DNA of 64,000 nucleotides from assembly GCA_963678315.1 (NCBI GenBank), contig OY782781.1:1984001-2048000 (forward strand), written 5' to 3'. Positions within the stretch are counted from its first letter, which is position 1; every line of letters starts with the position of its first letter. The notes under the pieces are model-generated. The model did no database searches, was not told the DNA's origin, and saw only the letters and a list, made by a program, of their open reading frames with translations. This DNA is from Candidatus Cloacimonadales bacterium (GTDB lineage: Bacteria > Cloacimonadota > Cloacimonadia > Cloacimonadales > JAFGVF01). Below, one piece after another: positions 1 to 11,646 of the stretch. The position numbers and the translations under genes are program-made.

Positions 1-978
1 GCTAATAAAATGAGGAATAGAACTAACTTAACTGTTACTTTCTTGGAAGCACCATTACTAGCCTTGATAGTGTCTTATATTCTTAGGTTAGCTCCAACTG
101 CTGACACTTATAGTTTCTATGAAAATTCTAACATTTCATTGTTCTTATTTGTGAATATCATAATCTTTATGTTCTTTGGTCTAACCAATAGTATCAACGA
201 GTTCCTTGAAGAAAAGAAGTTTATCTTACGTGAGAAAGTTAGAAATATGAAAGTTACTCACTATCATGTATCTAAGTTTTGTGTATTAGCTTTATTTTCA
301 GTTATACAAGCTATCTTATATTGTATAATATCATCGTTTATACTTGAAATTCATGGCTTCTTCTTGCTAAATATAATTTACTTATCAATTTCTGGTTTTA
401 TTGGTATATCAATAGGATTACTGATTTCAACAATGATACATGATAATAAAAGTGTGATTAACATCTTACCGCTAATGCTTATCCCACAAATAATCTTTGC
501 TGGAGCTGTAATTCAGTTTGATAAGATGAATAGAAATTTGACCTTACTTAAGAAGAGTCCTATTCCTGAGGTAGTTCAATTCATTCCTTCTAGATGGCTG
601 TTTGAAGGTATGATTACTGGATACTCTACTGAGAATCTCAACACTAAGAAGTTAGCTGAAATAGATAAAAAGTTATTGACAAGAAATGCAAATAAATTAT
701 CAGATATAGATAGACGTGATTTAAAGTATGAGCTTATCGAAGAAACCAACAAGCTCTATAAAATAGATAAATATACTAATAAAGACATTAATTTGATTGT
801 TGATATGATGAAAGGTAAATTCTTGAATACTGATAAAAATGTCTTTCTGTCACCTAGAAAGAAAATTAGTTCTTTCAAGATAAAAACAGTTTATTTTAAC
901 TTATTTATAGTTCTTTTCTATATAACATTAATTAATTTAATAGTTGGTATAAGGCTAAAATACTATTATAATGAATAA
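1..978 (+). CDS. ABC-2/ABCG-type transporter permease domain (probably the 3' part of a longer gene; frame is open from base 1)
   Basis: Multiple hydrophobic segments; 'NSINEFLEEK..ILRE' and 'LPLMLIPQIIFAG...IPSRW' resemble ABC-2 membrane domain motifs; no stop between base 1 and the ATG at 10. Confidence 0.75.
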   Translation, partial: ANKMRNRTNLTVTFLEAPLLALIVSYILRLAPTADTYSFYENSNISLFLFVNIIIFMFFGLTNSINEFLEEKKFILREKVRNMKVTHYHVSKFCVLALFSVIQAILYCIISSFILEIHGFFLLNIIYLSISGFIGISIGLLISTMIHDNKSVINILPLMLIPQIIFAGAVIQFDKMNRNLTLLKKSPIPEVVQFIPSRWLFEGMITGYSTENLNTKKLAEIDKKLLTRNANKLSDIDRRDLKYELIEETNKLYKIDKYTNKDINLIVDMMKGKFLNTDKNVFLSPRKKISSFKIKTVYFNLFIVLFYITLINLIVGIRLKYYYNE

Positions 979-1002
979 AAAGATATATCAAAAGGAGATA
1001 TT

Positions 1003-1833
1003 ATGCGTAAAACTACTATCAGCATGCTATTTTTATTGCTTTCAATAGCTATTGTAGGATGTGGCGGAGACAAGAAGGGAACACCAGAAGCTGGAGCTTC
1101 AGAACAAGCTAACACTAATCAAGAAGTAAGTGTTGAATCTTCTATTAGAATGGATCCACTTCCTTTTAAAACTGTATTGGGTGGATTACAAGATGTTTCA
1201 AAAGAACTTGCTTATATGACACCTAAAGAAGCCTACAAAGTGGATGAGAATGTTTATAAACAAGCTTTTGCAATGGGGGTTATTAGTGCTGACGCTGTAA
1301 TGACTATCTCTTCTCGTGAAGAAGATAAATTAAAACAGTATACTGAATCATTAATTTACTACTCTAAGAATGTTGAACTTGGTGATGAGATATTAAAAAT
1401 GGCTGATGAGATTCAAACTACATTATCTAAAACAGATAGTAACAAATGGGATGAATTAGAAAAGTTAGTTCTTAAATACCAACATGAAGTAGAAAATACT
1501 TTCTATCAAAAAGGTTTGTTAGATCAGTTTACTCTTATGCAACTCGGTGGCTGGACAGAAGGACTTAACAAAATTACAGGTCTTTATCTTAATAATTGGG
1601 ATGAAAATGGTGTTAAGATTATTAACCAACAAGGTATTACTAATTCATTAATCAATAATTTAAATAGTATCAGATCAAAGAAAGTAAAAGAGCTAGATGT
1701 TTATGGTGTTTCAACTGAAGGCTACAAACATATTAAAGAACTTATTACTTTAACAGCAGAAAGAAAGAGCTATACTAAAGATGAAGTTAAGCAGATTAAT
1801 GAAATTACTAATAAGATTTTAAGTAGTTTATAG
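1003..1833 (+). CDS. Hypothetical lipoprotein
   Basis: AGGAG RBS; signal peptide with lipobox IVG-C; helical-looking body, no recognised motif. Confidence 0.7.
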   Translation: MRKTTISMLFLLLSIAIVGCGGDKKGTPEAGASEQANTNQEVSVESSIRMDPLPFKTVLGGLQDVSKELAYMTPKEAYKVDENVYKQAFAMGVISADAVMTISSREEDKLKQYTESLIYYSKNVELGDEILKMADEIQTTLSKTDSNKWDELEKLVLKYQHEVENTFYQKGLLDQFTLMQLGGWTEGLNKITGLYLNNWDENGVKIINQQGITNSLINNLNSIRSKKVKELDVYGVSTEGYKHIKELITLTAERKSYTKDEVKQINEITNKILSSL

Positions 1834-1851
1834 AAATAGATTTAAACATGT

Positions 1852-1879
1852 AAAAAGGAGCTTAAATAAGCTCCTTTTT
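1852..1879. terminator. Bidirectional intrinsic terminator
   Basis: aaaaaGGAGCTTA-aa-TAAGCTCCttttt between convergent genes. Confidence 0.85.
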
Positions 1880-1935
1880 CATGTCATAGACAAAAGTTAT
1901 AATGTTGAGAGCTCATTTTATAAAGTACAAATTAA

Positions 1936-2058
1936 TTTGCTTTTTTATAGATTCGACATATCTTAGCTAAATCTTTCACTCTCGGAGTATTACAATACAC
2001 CTTCGGCAAAAGATTCACCTAAGCTATTGTCGATTTATTTTTGTAAAAATAAAGCAAA
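1936..2058. repeat. Nested imperfect palindromic element (MITE/REP-like)
   Basis: Nested arms tttgcttt/aaagcaaa, tcgaca/tgtcga, cttag/ctaag, aatcttt/aaagatt around the core ctcggagtattacaatacaccttcg. Confidence 0.5.
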
Positions 2059-2082
2059 AACAAAGAGCCTTGACTTCAAACT

Positions 2083-3429
2083 TTATATGTTAGTTATTTT
2101 TGCTATTGTATCTTCTGCAATTTCTTTGGATCTTTCAGTAGATGGTGATTCCACATAAACCCTAATAATTGGTTCTGTACCAGACTTTCTAATGTGAATC
2201 CAATGATCATCTGCTATGATTTTAAGACCATCTTGCAAGTCTTTTTCATAATCTGCAAATATCTTGTGAGCATTTTCAATGATAGGGTCAAGAAGCTCAG
2301 CTTTAGTTTCAATTTTAGCTTTATGGAAGTAATAGTGAGGAATATCTGCTACAATCTCAGATAAAGGTCTGTTTTCCTTTGCTAGAAGTCCAAGAATTAC
2401 AGCCATACCTGCTGGTGCATCTCTAGTATAATGAACCTCTGGAACAATAATTCCACCATTACCTTCTCCGCCGATTGGAGATTTAATTTCTTTCATTTTC
2501 TTTCCAACGTTAATTTCGCCTACTTTAGTTCTATGGACATTAACACCATATTCCTTAGCTATATCATCTGAAGCCATTGAGGAAGAAAGATTAAGTACAA
2601 TATCACCTTTATTTATTGAAAGAACAAACTTTTCAGCTAATAGAAGTGAGAATTCTTCACCAATGTAGTCACCATTATTATCAACTATAGCTAATCTATC
2701 AACATCAGGGTCAGTAGCAAAACCTATATCTGCTTTATGCTCTTTAACTACTTTACACAAGTCTGTAAGATTTTCTTTTAAAGGTTCTGCAACATGGGCA
2801 AAGTGACCAGTTGGAGCAGTGTTCATTTCTATTACTTCACAGCCTAATTCTGAAAGCATAGCAGGGGATATTACTCCTCCAGCACCATTAACTGAATCAA
2901 TAACAACTTTGAATTTCTTTGCACGAATTTCTTCAATATTTAAGTAAGGAATTGCTAAAACTTTTTCAATATGTCTAAGAGTAGCATCAAAATCTTCATA
3001 TAGTTTTCCCATCTTATCCCAAGCAGCATATTCTACAGGACTGTTTAAAGACTCTTTATAAGCTAATGCTTTTTCAGGGAAGAAGAACATACCATTCGCA
3101 TCAACTAGTTTCATAGCATTCCAGTTTTGTGGATTATGAGAAGCAGTAATTGAAAGACCACCAGAAGCATTTGATTCTTCAACTGCTAACAAGGTAGTAG
3201 GTGTAGCAACAATACCGAGGTTTACTACATCGCAACCAACAGATAACAAGCCAGCTACAATTGCATGAAACATTGCTTCACCGGTTGTACGTGAATCTCT
3301 TCCAACAATAATTTTACCTCTATTACAGGCAATACCAAACTTAGCAGCAAACTTCACTGCTTGGTCGGGTGTTAAGCTCTCTCCATAAATTCCTCTGATA
3401 CCGGAAACACTTATCATTAATTTACTCAT
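2083..3429 (-). CDS. glmM: Phosphoglucosamine mutase / phosphomannomutase family (alpha-D-phosphohexomutase)
   Basis: SGIRG N-terminus, active-site TASHNP, metal loop DPDVDR, GEGNGG, RKSGTEP. Assignment to GlmM versus PMM/PGM is uncertain. Confidence 0.8.
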   Translation of the reverse strand: MSKLMISVSGIRGIYGESLTPDQAVKFAAKFGIACNRGKIIVGRDSRTTGEAMFHAIVAGLLSVGCDVVNLGIVATPTTLLAVEESNASGGLSITASHNPQNWNAMKLVDANGMFFFPEKALAYKESLNSPVEYAAWDKMGKLYEDFDATLRHIEKVLAIPYLNIEEIRAKKFKVVIDSVNGAGGVISPAMLSELGCEVIEMNTAPTGHFAHVAEPLKENLTDLCKVVKEHKADIGFATDPDVDRLAIVDNNGDYIGEEFSLLLAEKFVLSINKGDIVLNLSSSMASDDIAKEYGVNVHRTKVGEINVGKKMKEIKSPIGGEGNGGIIVPEVHYTRDAPAGMAVILGLLAKENRPLSEIVADIPHYYFHKAKIETKAELLDPIIENAHKIFADYEKDLQDGLKIIADDHWIHIRKSGTEPIIRVYVESPSTERSKEIAEDTIAKITNI

Positions 3430-3494
3430 AATATTATCCTTGTTGTTTACTATTTATTGGAACTCTAGCTATTATCTGGTTAAACCAAATAATT

Positions 3495-3521
3495 AAAAAA
3501 AGCCGATGATTTCATCGGCTT
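3495..3521 (-). terminator. Intrinsic terminator after the PpiD-like gene
   Basis: On minus strand aAGCCGATGA-aa-TCATCGGCTttttt. Confidence 0.8.
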
Positions 3522-3534
3522 AAGTTATAATTAA

Positions 3535-5859
3535 CTATTCAACTGGCATGAATCGTTTATCGACAATCTTAGCTTGCTTTAGCTGTTCAGCATACCATTT
3601 GTTGAATTCTGAATTTTTCTCATTCTCAACTTTCTTTGCAAAGTCATCTTCTTTAGTTTCATTGAATTTTTCCATATCTGGTTTTTCTTCACTTATAACT
3701 TTCAAGATGAAGTTACCTTGTTCAGTTTTGTTTAATCCTGTAAGTTTGTTCATAGGAGCATCAAACAGTATTTTGATAGCTTCTTCTGAATTACTAATTG
3801 GTGATAGATATTTAGAAGCTTTGTTAATATTCTTTGCTTCATTAACAGCCATTTGAATGTCTGCAACTACACCTTTATCAGAATTTGATAAAGTAACTAG
3901 GTAGTTTGTACCTTTTGCTTTTACAAGAGTTAAACCTTCTTTTTGACCTTTCTTTGCTAAGTTGTAATCAGCTTTAACAATATCAGTATCAGTTTCACCA
4001 TTAGGGAAAGTTGTATTTTCAATTTCATTAAAGAATATTTTAACTTTTACAGTGTCTAAAGAGCTAGATGCAAGTAATGAATCAGTAATCAAATGTTGAT
4101 AATCTGAAACATTATATTTAGCATTAAAGCTATCTAAGAATTTGTTTGCTTTTGCAATCTTCACATCTTTTTCTAGTTCTCTTCTGATAGTTTTTTCTAA
4201 GTCTTCATTTAAAGCTTTAAATGTACTTTCTTCTTTATCTGTAATCATTACAACAGCATAGTTACCTTCTTTATCTCTTAGAAGATTTGATATACTATTA
4301 ACATCATTTTCTTTCATAAAAGATGTGAAACTATAGTTTGTATAAGAAGTTGCGTAAAAAGCTAATTTGTCAAAGTTACTTGAACCACGACTTGAGAAGT
4401 CTGAACCATCAGCTGCTACAAAATCAGATTCTTCAATAACTGCACCTTTTTCAGCTGCGAGTTCATCAAAATTACCATGTTTAGCTTCAGTTGCAAATTC
4501 TTGCGCTGAAGTTTTGATATTCATAATTGTCTCATTACTTAATGTTGGTTTAATAAGAATATGTCTTGCTTTTAATTCTTCTTCACCTTCAGTTCCATCT
4601 TCATTTTCTTTATTTCTTCTATCATCAAGTTTAATGATGTGATAACCGAAATCTGTTTCGAAAGGTTCTGAAATCTCACCTTTTTTAAGAGCAAAAGCTA
4701 CTTCATCAAATTCTGGAACCATTCTACCACGAGCAAACCAGCCTAATAATCCACCACGACTTCCTGAACCTGGATCTTCTGAATATTGTTTTGCAAGTTC
4801 TGCGAATGAGTTTGGATCATCTTTTACATCATTATAAATATCAGTTAGCTTATCTAAAGCAGCTTGTTTGTCAGCTTCACTCATTTTTACTTCAAATCTA
4901 GCCATTTTAACTTTTACAGCATTTTCAATACTGTATTTATCAGACTTGTGTTCATTGTAATAATTAGTAATATCTTCAGAAGTTACTTCTAAAGAATCAA
5001 CTTTAAATCTGTAAGAAGGCATTGCTATTACTTTAGCAGATCTCTTACTATTTTTCTTAACATAATCTTCTTCAAATTCTTCAATTGTGCTTAATGAATC
5101 AGCTGATACTAAGTCCATAAGCTTTTTATATTTTAATTGTTGATAAGCACTTTCTTTAAAATCAGTAGGAGTCTGACCTGTTTGTTTGAAATAAACTTCT
5201 AACATATCTTCTTTTAATGCACCATTTTCATCGTATAAGAAAGGATATCTTTCTACAACAAAATCATTGTACTCATCTTTAGAAACATCTATATCGTTAG
5301 AATCTATAGCATCTTCAATAATCATTTTACCAATATAATCAACCCATGTTCTATCTTCTAATTGTAGCTTTTCTGCTTCTGTAATTGAACCAGTTTGCTT
5401 ATAATTATCATAGTTGATATTATATTGTTTTAAAGAATTCTTAAGACTTGTGATTTGATCTTCCATCTGAGTCTTAGTGTCTGCATTCTTTTGAACAGTA
5501 CTTTCTAAATATTCGATTTCTTCGTCTATTTCTGCAACTCTTAATGAGTCAGATTTAATCATAGACTTTTCTCTTTTCAATTTTCTGATTTCAGTATTAA
5601 GCTCTCTGTTTTCTGTATCATAGCTTTTTGACTGAACTTCACCTTGATTAATGTTACTTAACATTGCAGTTACATTATTGAAAGATGATTGTAATTGATT
5701 GTTATAATCAATTAAATCAACTTGATCCCCGTTAACTTTCCCTGCATTAGGGTTGCTTTTGAAGAGACTCATAATCCCAACAGGCACCATACCTAATACA
5801 AACACAATAGCGACAGCATAAATAATAAATTTTTGATTCTTTCTCATATCTTCAAGCAT
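3535..5859 (-). CDS. PpiD/SurA-like membrane-anchored parvulin peptidyl-prolyl isomerase chaperone
   Basis: N-terminal anchor '[23 protein letters not shown]'; parvulin motif '[53 protein letters not shown]'. Confidence 0.85.
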   Translation of the reverse strand: MLEDMRKNQKFIIYAVAIVFVLGMVPVGIMSLFKSNPNAGKVNGDQVDLIDYNNQLQSSFNNVTAMLSNINQGEVQSKSYDTENRELNTEIRKLKREKSMIKSDSLRVAEIDEEIEYLESTVQKNADTKTQMEDQITSLKNSLKQYNINYDNYKQTGSITEAEKLQLEDRTWVDYIGKMIIEDAIDSNDIDVSKDEYNDFVVERYPFLYDENGALKEDMLEVYFKQTGQTPTDFKESAYQQLKYKKLMDLVSADSLSTIEEFEEDYVKKNSKRSAKVIAMPSYRFKVDSLEVTSEDITNYYNEHKSDKYSIENAVKVKMARFEVKMSEADKQAALDKLTDIYNDVKDDPNSFAELAKQYSEDPGSGSRGGLLGWFARGRMVPEFDEVAFALKKGEISEPFETDFGYHIIKLDDRRNKENEDGTEGEEELKARHILIKPTLSNETIMNIKTSAQEFATEAKHGNFDELAAEKGAVIEESDFVAADGSDFSSRGSSNFDKLAFYATSYTNYSFTSFMKENDVNSISNLLRDKEGNYAVVMITDKEESTFKALNEDLEKTIRRELEKDVKIAKANKFLDSFNAKYNVSDYQHLITDSLLASSSLDTVKVKIFFNEIENTTFPNGETDTDIVKADYNLAKKGQKEGLTLVKAKGTNYLVTLSNSDKGVVADIQMAVNEAKNINKASKYLSPISNSEEAIKILFDAPMNKLTGLNKTEQGNFILKVISEEKPDMEKFNETKEDDFAKKVENEKNSEFNKWYAEQLKQAKIVDKRFMPVE

Positions 5860-6177
5860 TATGACTCCTTTCTATGCTTAAACTTAATTTTTTTATATTT
5901 TTCCATATTATGGCAATTTCTTATATACAAGTAAAATGTTCAAGTAATTTTTTTAGAAAAAATAGTGTTGAATATCTAACGTACTATATATGAATACTTT
6001 AAAAAGCTATGTTTAAATAGGGGCTGGAATACATGTTAGCTTTAAGTCCTAATATGACATAAACTTTCAAAACAAATTTCATTTATTTTACTTCTAGAAA
6101 CAAATAATATATTAGCATTTTTATTGCTACTATATCCCTTTCTTTGCTAAGCAAGATAAGTAATGTTTATAATGTCG

Positions 6178-6685
6178 TCCTTACTCCCCTCCTTGAAAAA
6201 AAGCCGATTTTTCAAGGAGACCAGTAAGGATGGAGTTAGGAGTGAGGAGTTAGGAGTTAGGAGTTAGAAGTGAGGAGTTAGGAGTTAGAAGTGAGGAGTT
6301 AGGAGTTAGAAGTGAGGAGTTAGGAGTTAGGAGTTAGGAGTTAGTGAAGAATTGAGGAGATGCTATCCATAAAAACCCCGAAGGGGTGGCATATACTAAG
6401 CATGGAGGCTTGCCCTCCATGTAATAGTTAAAAAATAAAAAAAGCCCTGAAAGGGCGACATAAAGGCTAAGCTTTATCTGCAAACAGAGAAGTTTACCAC
6501 GAAAAGCACGAATAACACGAAAAACAGTCAAATTATTTAGGACTGGACAACTGGGAATTACGAGCTTCCACTGGCTTCACTTAGAACATAGTGATAAGTG
6601 AATTTGTAGAGACTTATTGAAACCTCTCTCATGCATTGTCCTAAAAGGACATATCTCTTCAGAGCCCGTGATTTCAATCGTGGGG
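6178..6685 (+). repeat. Modular hairpin mosaic repeat, copy 1 (modules A, heptamer tract, E, B, C)
   Basis: Modules recur near 18734-19528, 48649-49250 and, inverted, 59974-60325 (e.g. ctggcttcacttagaac..agt.ataagtgaattt; agccc.tgatttcaatcgtggg). Confidence 0.85.
6232..6343 (+). repeat. Heptamer tandem repeat G(G/A)AGT(T/G)A x16
   Basis: 16 contiguous 7-mers counted; includes the higher-order unit (ggagtta ggagtta gaagtga) x3. Confidence 0.95.
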
Positions 6686-6936
6686 ATGTTTGGAATTGAT
6701 AATGTTAGTGATCAGATCAAATCCTGGAATCACGGCAGTAGTAGCTTTTCCTAGATTAAGTCAATGTTTTTAATGGTGATGAGCTGATAATTAAATTGAA
6801 TTCTGATGTCCAAGTTAACAAAAGAAAATAATCTGATGAAGATAATAAATATTTTCCTTTACAAATAAAAGCATCAATTGTTTTTTGAACGTGTTACGTA
6901 ACGTAATGAAAAAATTAATATGATTAGGAGGCTGAA

Positions 6937-7206
6937 ATGGCTTTAAAAAAAGAAGCTAAATTGGCTGTCATGGCAGAGTATAAACTCCATGATTTAGATA
7001 CTGGTTCACCTGAAGTACAAATTGCCTTAATGTCAAACAGAATTAAGGAATTAACAGAGCACTTAAAAGTTCACAAGAAAGACTTTTCTTCTAGACGTGG
7101 TCTATTGATGATCATTGGTAAAAGAAGAAGATTACTTAACTATTTAATTAAAATTGATATTGAAAGATATCGTAGAATAATTAAAGCTTTAGGTATCAGA
7201 AAATAA
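6937..7206 (+). CDS. rpsO: 30S ribosomal protein S15
   Basis: [26 protein letters not shown] motif, 89 aa, upstream of pnp. Confidence 0.98.
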   Translation: MALKKEAKLAVMAEYKLHDLDTGSPEVQIALMSNRIKELTEHLKVHKKDFSSRRGLLMIIGKRRRLLNYLIKIDIERYRRIIKALGIRK

Positions 7207-7215
7207 GACATATTT

Positions 7216-7238
7216 AAGGGGTGTAATGCCCCTTTTTT
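7216..7238 (+). terminator. Intrinsic terminator after rpsO
   Basis: aaGGGGtgtaatgCCCCtttttt. Confidence 0.8.
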
Positions 7239-7254
7239 ATATTATCAATAAAGT

Positions 7255-7321
7255 ACTGGACTTAGAGCAATACACTTAGTATATTTTCTAATGTATAATA
7301 AGTATATTGCTTTTCTCCAGT
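7255..7321 (+). promoter_or_regulatory. Long stem-loop in the pnp leader (candidate RNase III processing / autoregulation site)
   Basis: actgga/tccagt and agcaatacactta/taagtatattgct arms; same position as the RNase III hairpin in the E. coli pnp leader. Confidence 0.55.
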
Positions 7322-7347
7322 TAACAAACATATACTAAGGAGTCAAA

Positions 7348-9597
7348 ATGCATAATTTTGATATTACAAAAAAAACATTCAATATGAATGGTACAGAAAT
7401 TACTGCGGAAACTGGAAGAATTGCAAAACAAGCAAATGGATCAATTTTTATATCACAAGGTCAAACAACCTTATTAGTTACAGCTACAATGGGTAAAGTA
7501 CCAAGTGTACCTACAGACTTTTTCCCTTTAACAGTTGATTATGTAGAAAAAATGTATGCTTCAGGAAAAATTCCTGGTGGATTCATCAAAAGAGAAGCTA
7601 GACCTTCTACAGACGCTACTTTAACTGCACGTGTTATTGACCGTTCAATTAGACCTTTATTCCCAGAAGGATTTAGAAACCCTGTTCATGTTGTAGTAAC
7701 TATTCTTTCTTATGATGGAATTAACGATCCAAACATGTTAGGTTTAGTTGGTGCTTCATTGGCATTAACAATTTCTGATATTCCTTTCCATGGACCTATT
7801 GCCGGTGTTGCTGTAGGATGGGTAGATGGTGAAGCTGTTGTTAATCCTCCAATAAACGTGTTAAATGATGAATCTGACTTACATTTAAGCTTAGCTGGTT
7901 CTGATACATCTATCTGTATGATTGAATCATCAGCCAATGAACTTAAAGAAGATCAAATGCTTACTGCAATCTTTAAAGGCCATGATAAAATTAAAGAATT
8001 AGTTGAATGGCAAAGAGAATTTGCTAAAGATTGTGCTAAAGAAAAAGTTGAGATAGAACTTGATATTATTCCAGAAGAAATAATTGAAAATATCTCAAAA
8101 GACTTTGGTGACAAAATCAAAGAAGCAGCATTAATTAAAGGTAAACTTGAAAGATATGAAGCTTTTGCTACTTTAAAAGAAGAAGTAGTAGAACATTTTG
8201 CTTCTATGATTGCTGAAGAAGAATTTGCTGAATTAGAAAGATACTATAAAAATGGTTTTGAAGAACTTATTAAAAAATTTGTAAGACATGCTATTCTTTA
8301 TAATAACCACCGTGTAGATGGTAGAACAATGGACGAAATCAGAGATATTACATGTGAAATTGATATCTTACCTAGAGTTCATGGTTCAGCATTGTTTACA
8401 AGAGGTGAAACTCAAAGTATAGGAACAGTAACTCTCGCTGGTGCTGATTCTGTTCAAATGGTTGATGGTTTAGCTGCTGAATATAAAAAAGACTTCTACT
8501 TACATTACAACTTCCCGCCATATAGTGTTGGTGAAGCTGGCTTTATGAGAGGTCCTGGACGTCGTGAATTAGGTCATGGTAATTTAGCTGAAACAGCACT
8601 TCAACCAATTATACCATCTAAAGATGATTTCCCATACACAATTAGAGTAGTTTCAGATATCACTGAATCTAATGGTTCTTCATCACAAGCTACTATCTGT
8701 AGTGGTTCTTTAGCTTTAATGGCTGCTGGTGTTCCAATTAAGGCACCTGTAGCAGGTATTGCTAACGGTTTGATTATGGAAGGTGAAGACTATGTTGTTC
8801 TAACTGATATTATGGGTCTTGAAGATCACTTGGGTGATATGGACTTCAAAGTTGCAGGTACTAGAGATGGTATTACTGCTATGCAAATGGATATCAAAAT
8901 AGAAGGTATCACCGAAGCTATCATGAGAGAAGCATTATCTAAAGCTTATACTGCAAGAAATGAAATTCTTGATAGTATGGAAGCATGTATTGCTGCTCCG
9001 AAAGAAGACTTATCTGAATTCGCTCCTAGAATCGTTACTCTTAAAGTTCCTGTTGACAAAATAGGTGAGATAATCGGTAAAGGTGGTGAAACTATCAAAG
9101 GAATTATTGAAGAAACTGGTGTTGCAATTGATATTTCTGATGATGGTAATGTTAACATTCTTTCAGCAGATAAGAATTCATTACAGAGTGCTAAGGATAT
9201 TATCAACAATATTACTAGTATGCCTAAATATGATGTTGTATATGAGGGTGTCGTTTCTAGAATTGAAACTTATGGTGCTTTCATTAAAATAATGGGTGGT
9301 TATAAAGAAGGATTATGTCATGTTTCTAACATGCATACTGATAGGGTAGCTCATCCAGAAGATATAGTTAAACTTGGAGATAAAGTTTTCGTAACACTTA
9401 AAGCTATCGAACAAGGCAAAATTAATCTTAGCATGAAAGGTGTAGATGGTAATCCTGAACACAAACCAGATCCAAACAGACCAAAACCAGAAAGAAGACC
9501 TAGTAATGACCGTAATGGTGGTAGATATTCTAGAGGAAATGATAGAAATAACTCTAGAGGAAGAAATGATAGGTCAAACAATAATAGAAGAAATTAG
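7348..9597 (+). CDS. pnp: Polyribonucleotide nucleotidyltransferase (PNPase)
   Basis: DFFPLTVDY, RRELGHG, ESNGSSS, DHLGDMDFKVAGT; KH and S1 domains; R/N-rich tail. Confidence 0.98.
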   Translation: MHNFDITKKTFNMNGTEITAETGRIAKQANGSIFISQGQTTLLVTATMGKVPSVPTDFFPLTVDYVEKMYASGKIPGGFIKREARPSTDATLTARVIDRSIRPLFPEGFRNPVHVVVTILSYDGINDPNMLGLVGASLALTISDIPFHGPIAGVAVGWVDGEAVVNPPINVLNDESDLHLSLAGSDTSICMIESSANELKEDQMLTAIFKGHDKIKELVEWQREFAKDCAKEKVEIELDIIPEEIIENISKDFGDKIKEAALIKGKLERYEAFATLKEEVVEHFASMIAEEEFAELERYYKNGFEELIKKFVRHAILYNNHRVDGRTMDEIRDITCEIDILPRVHGSALFTRGETQSIGTVTLAGADSVQMVDGLAAEYKKDFYLHYNFPPYSVGEAGFMRGPGRRELGHGNLAETALQPIIPSKDDFPYTIRVVSDITESNGSSSQATICSGSLALMAAGVPIKAPVAGIANGLIMEGEDYVVLTDIMGLEDHLGDMDFKVAGTRDGITAMQMDIKIEGITEAIMREALSKAYTARNEILDSMEACIAAPKEDLSEFAPRIVTLKVPVDKIGEIIGKGGETIKGIIEETGVAIDISDDGNVNILSADKNSLQSAKDIINNITSMPKYDVVYEGVVSRIETYGAFIKIMGGYKEGLCHVSNMHTDRVAHPEDIVKLGDKVFVTLKAIEQGKINLSMKGVDGNPEHKPDPNRPKPERRPSNDRNGGRYSRGNDRNNSRGRNDRSNNNRRN

Positions 9598-9612
9598 TTT
9601 TTGAGGTGATAA

Positions 9613-11019
<1,407 letters not shown>

Positions 11020-11030
11020 TTATAACAAAT

Positions 11031-11058
11031 AGAGTAGCTCAAATATGGGCTACTCTTT
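11031..11058 (+). terminator. Intrinsic terminator after ahcY
   Basis: AGAGTAGCTC-aaatat-GGGCTACTCTtt. Confidence 0.75.
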
Positions 11059-11076
11059 ACCTTTTTGGACTATACA

Positions 11077-11646
11077 ATGGCTACAAAGAAACCTATTTAC
11101 GTTGATGAATTGTTTGGCACAATTGCTACAACTGACGAGAATGAAGAAATTAAGTGGTATGTTGTAAGAACTAAACCACAAAGAGAAAAGAAGTTAGCTC
11201 AATGGGCTAAAGATAATGAAATAGAATACTACCTCCCTCAATATACAAGCACTAGAATATATAAATACCGCAAAATAGAATTTACTAAGCCACTATTCCC
11301 AGGTTATCTATTTGTTAAAATGAATAAAAAACAACAAGAAATTCTTTATAGACCTGGACATCTAGTTACGTTTGTTAAAGTAAAAAACGAAAGAGAACTT
11401 GTGGCAGAACTTCAACAAATCTATATAGTAAGTAAATTTGGTATTAACATGCAACCTGTTGAGGATTATTCTATTCTTGAAAGAGGTACAAAGGTTAGAG
11501 TTACTAAAGGATCTTTACAAGGATTGATTGGTTTTGTTATTGAGTCTGAGAATAGTGACAAAGTGCTAATTTCTGTAAACATAATTAGACAAGCTGTTGA
11601 AGTAACATTAGATAGAGGATCTTTTGAAGTAGTTAAGGAGGATTAA
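11077..11646 (+). CDS. Specialised NusG paralog (UpxY/RfaH/LoaP-type antiterminator)
   Basis: NGN motifs WYVVRTKPQREKK and PLFPGYLFV; KOW motif GTKVRVTKGSLQGLIG. Start placed at ATG 11077 (track uses TTG 11065). Confidence 0.88.
   Translation: MATKKPIYVDELFGTIATTDENEEIKWYVVRTKPQREKKLAQWAKDNEIEYYLPQYTSTRIYKYRKIEFTKPLFPGYLFVKMNKKQQEILYRPGHLVTFVKVKNERELVAELQQIYIVSKFGINMQPVEDYSILERGTKVRVTKGSLQGLIGFVIESENSDKVLISVNIIRQAVEVTLDRGSFEVVKED

Noticed and set aside
6232..6343. Possible CRISPR array or telomere-like repeat
   Set aside because: Contiguous 7-mers with no unique spacers and no cas genes; it is a simple tandem repeat.
6334..6531. 65-aa minus-strand ORF (likewise 19162..19350 and 48599..48898)
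   Set aside because: All lie within the hairpin mosaic repeats, have no recognisable motif, and read as translations of repeats.
9460..9597. R/N/G-rich repetitive tail of PNPase
   Set aside because: Low-complexity basic tails are common on PNPases.
9598..9612. SAH/SAM riboswitch upstream of ahcY
   Set aside because: Only 15 bp separate pnp and ahcY.
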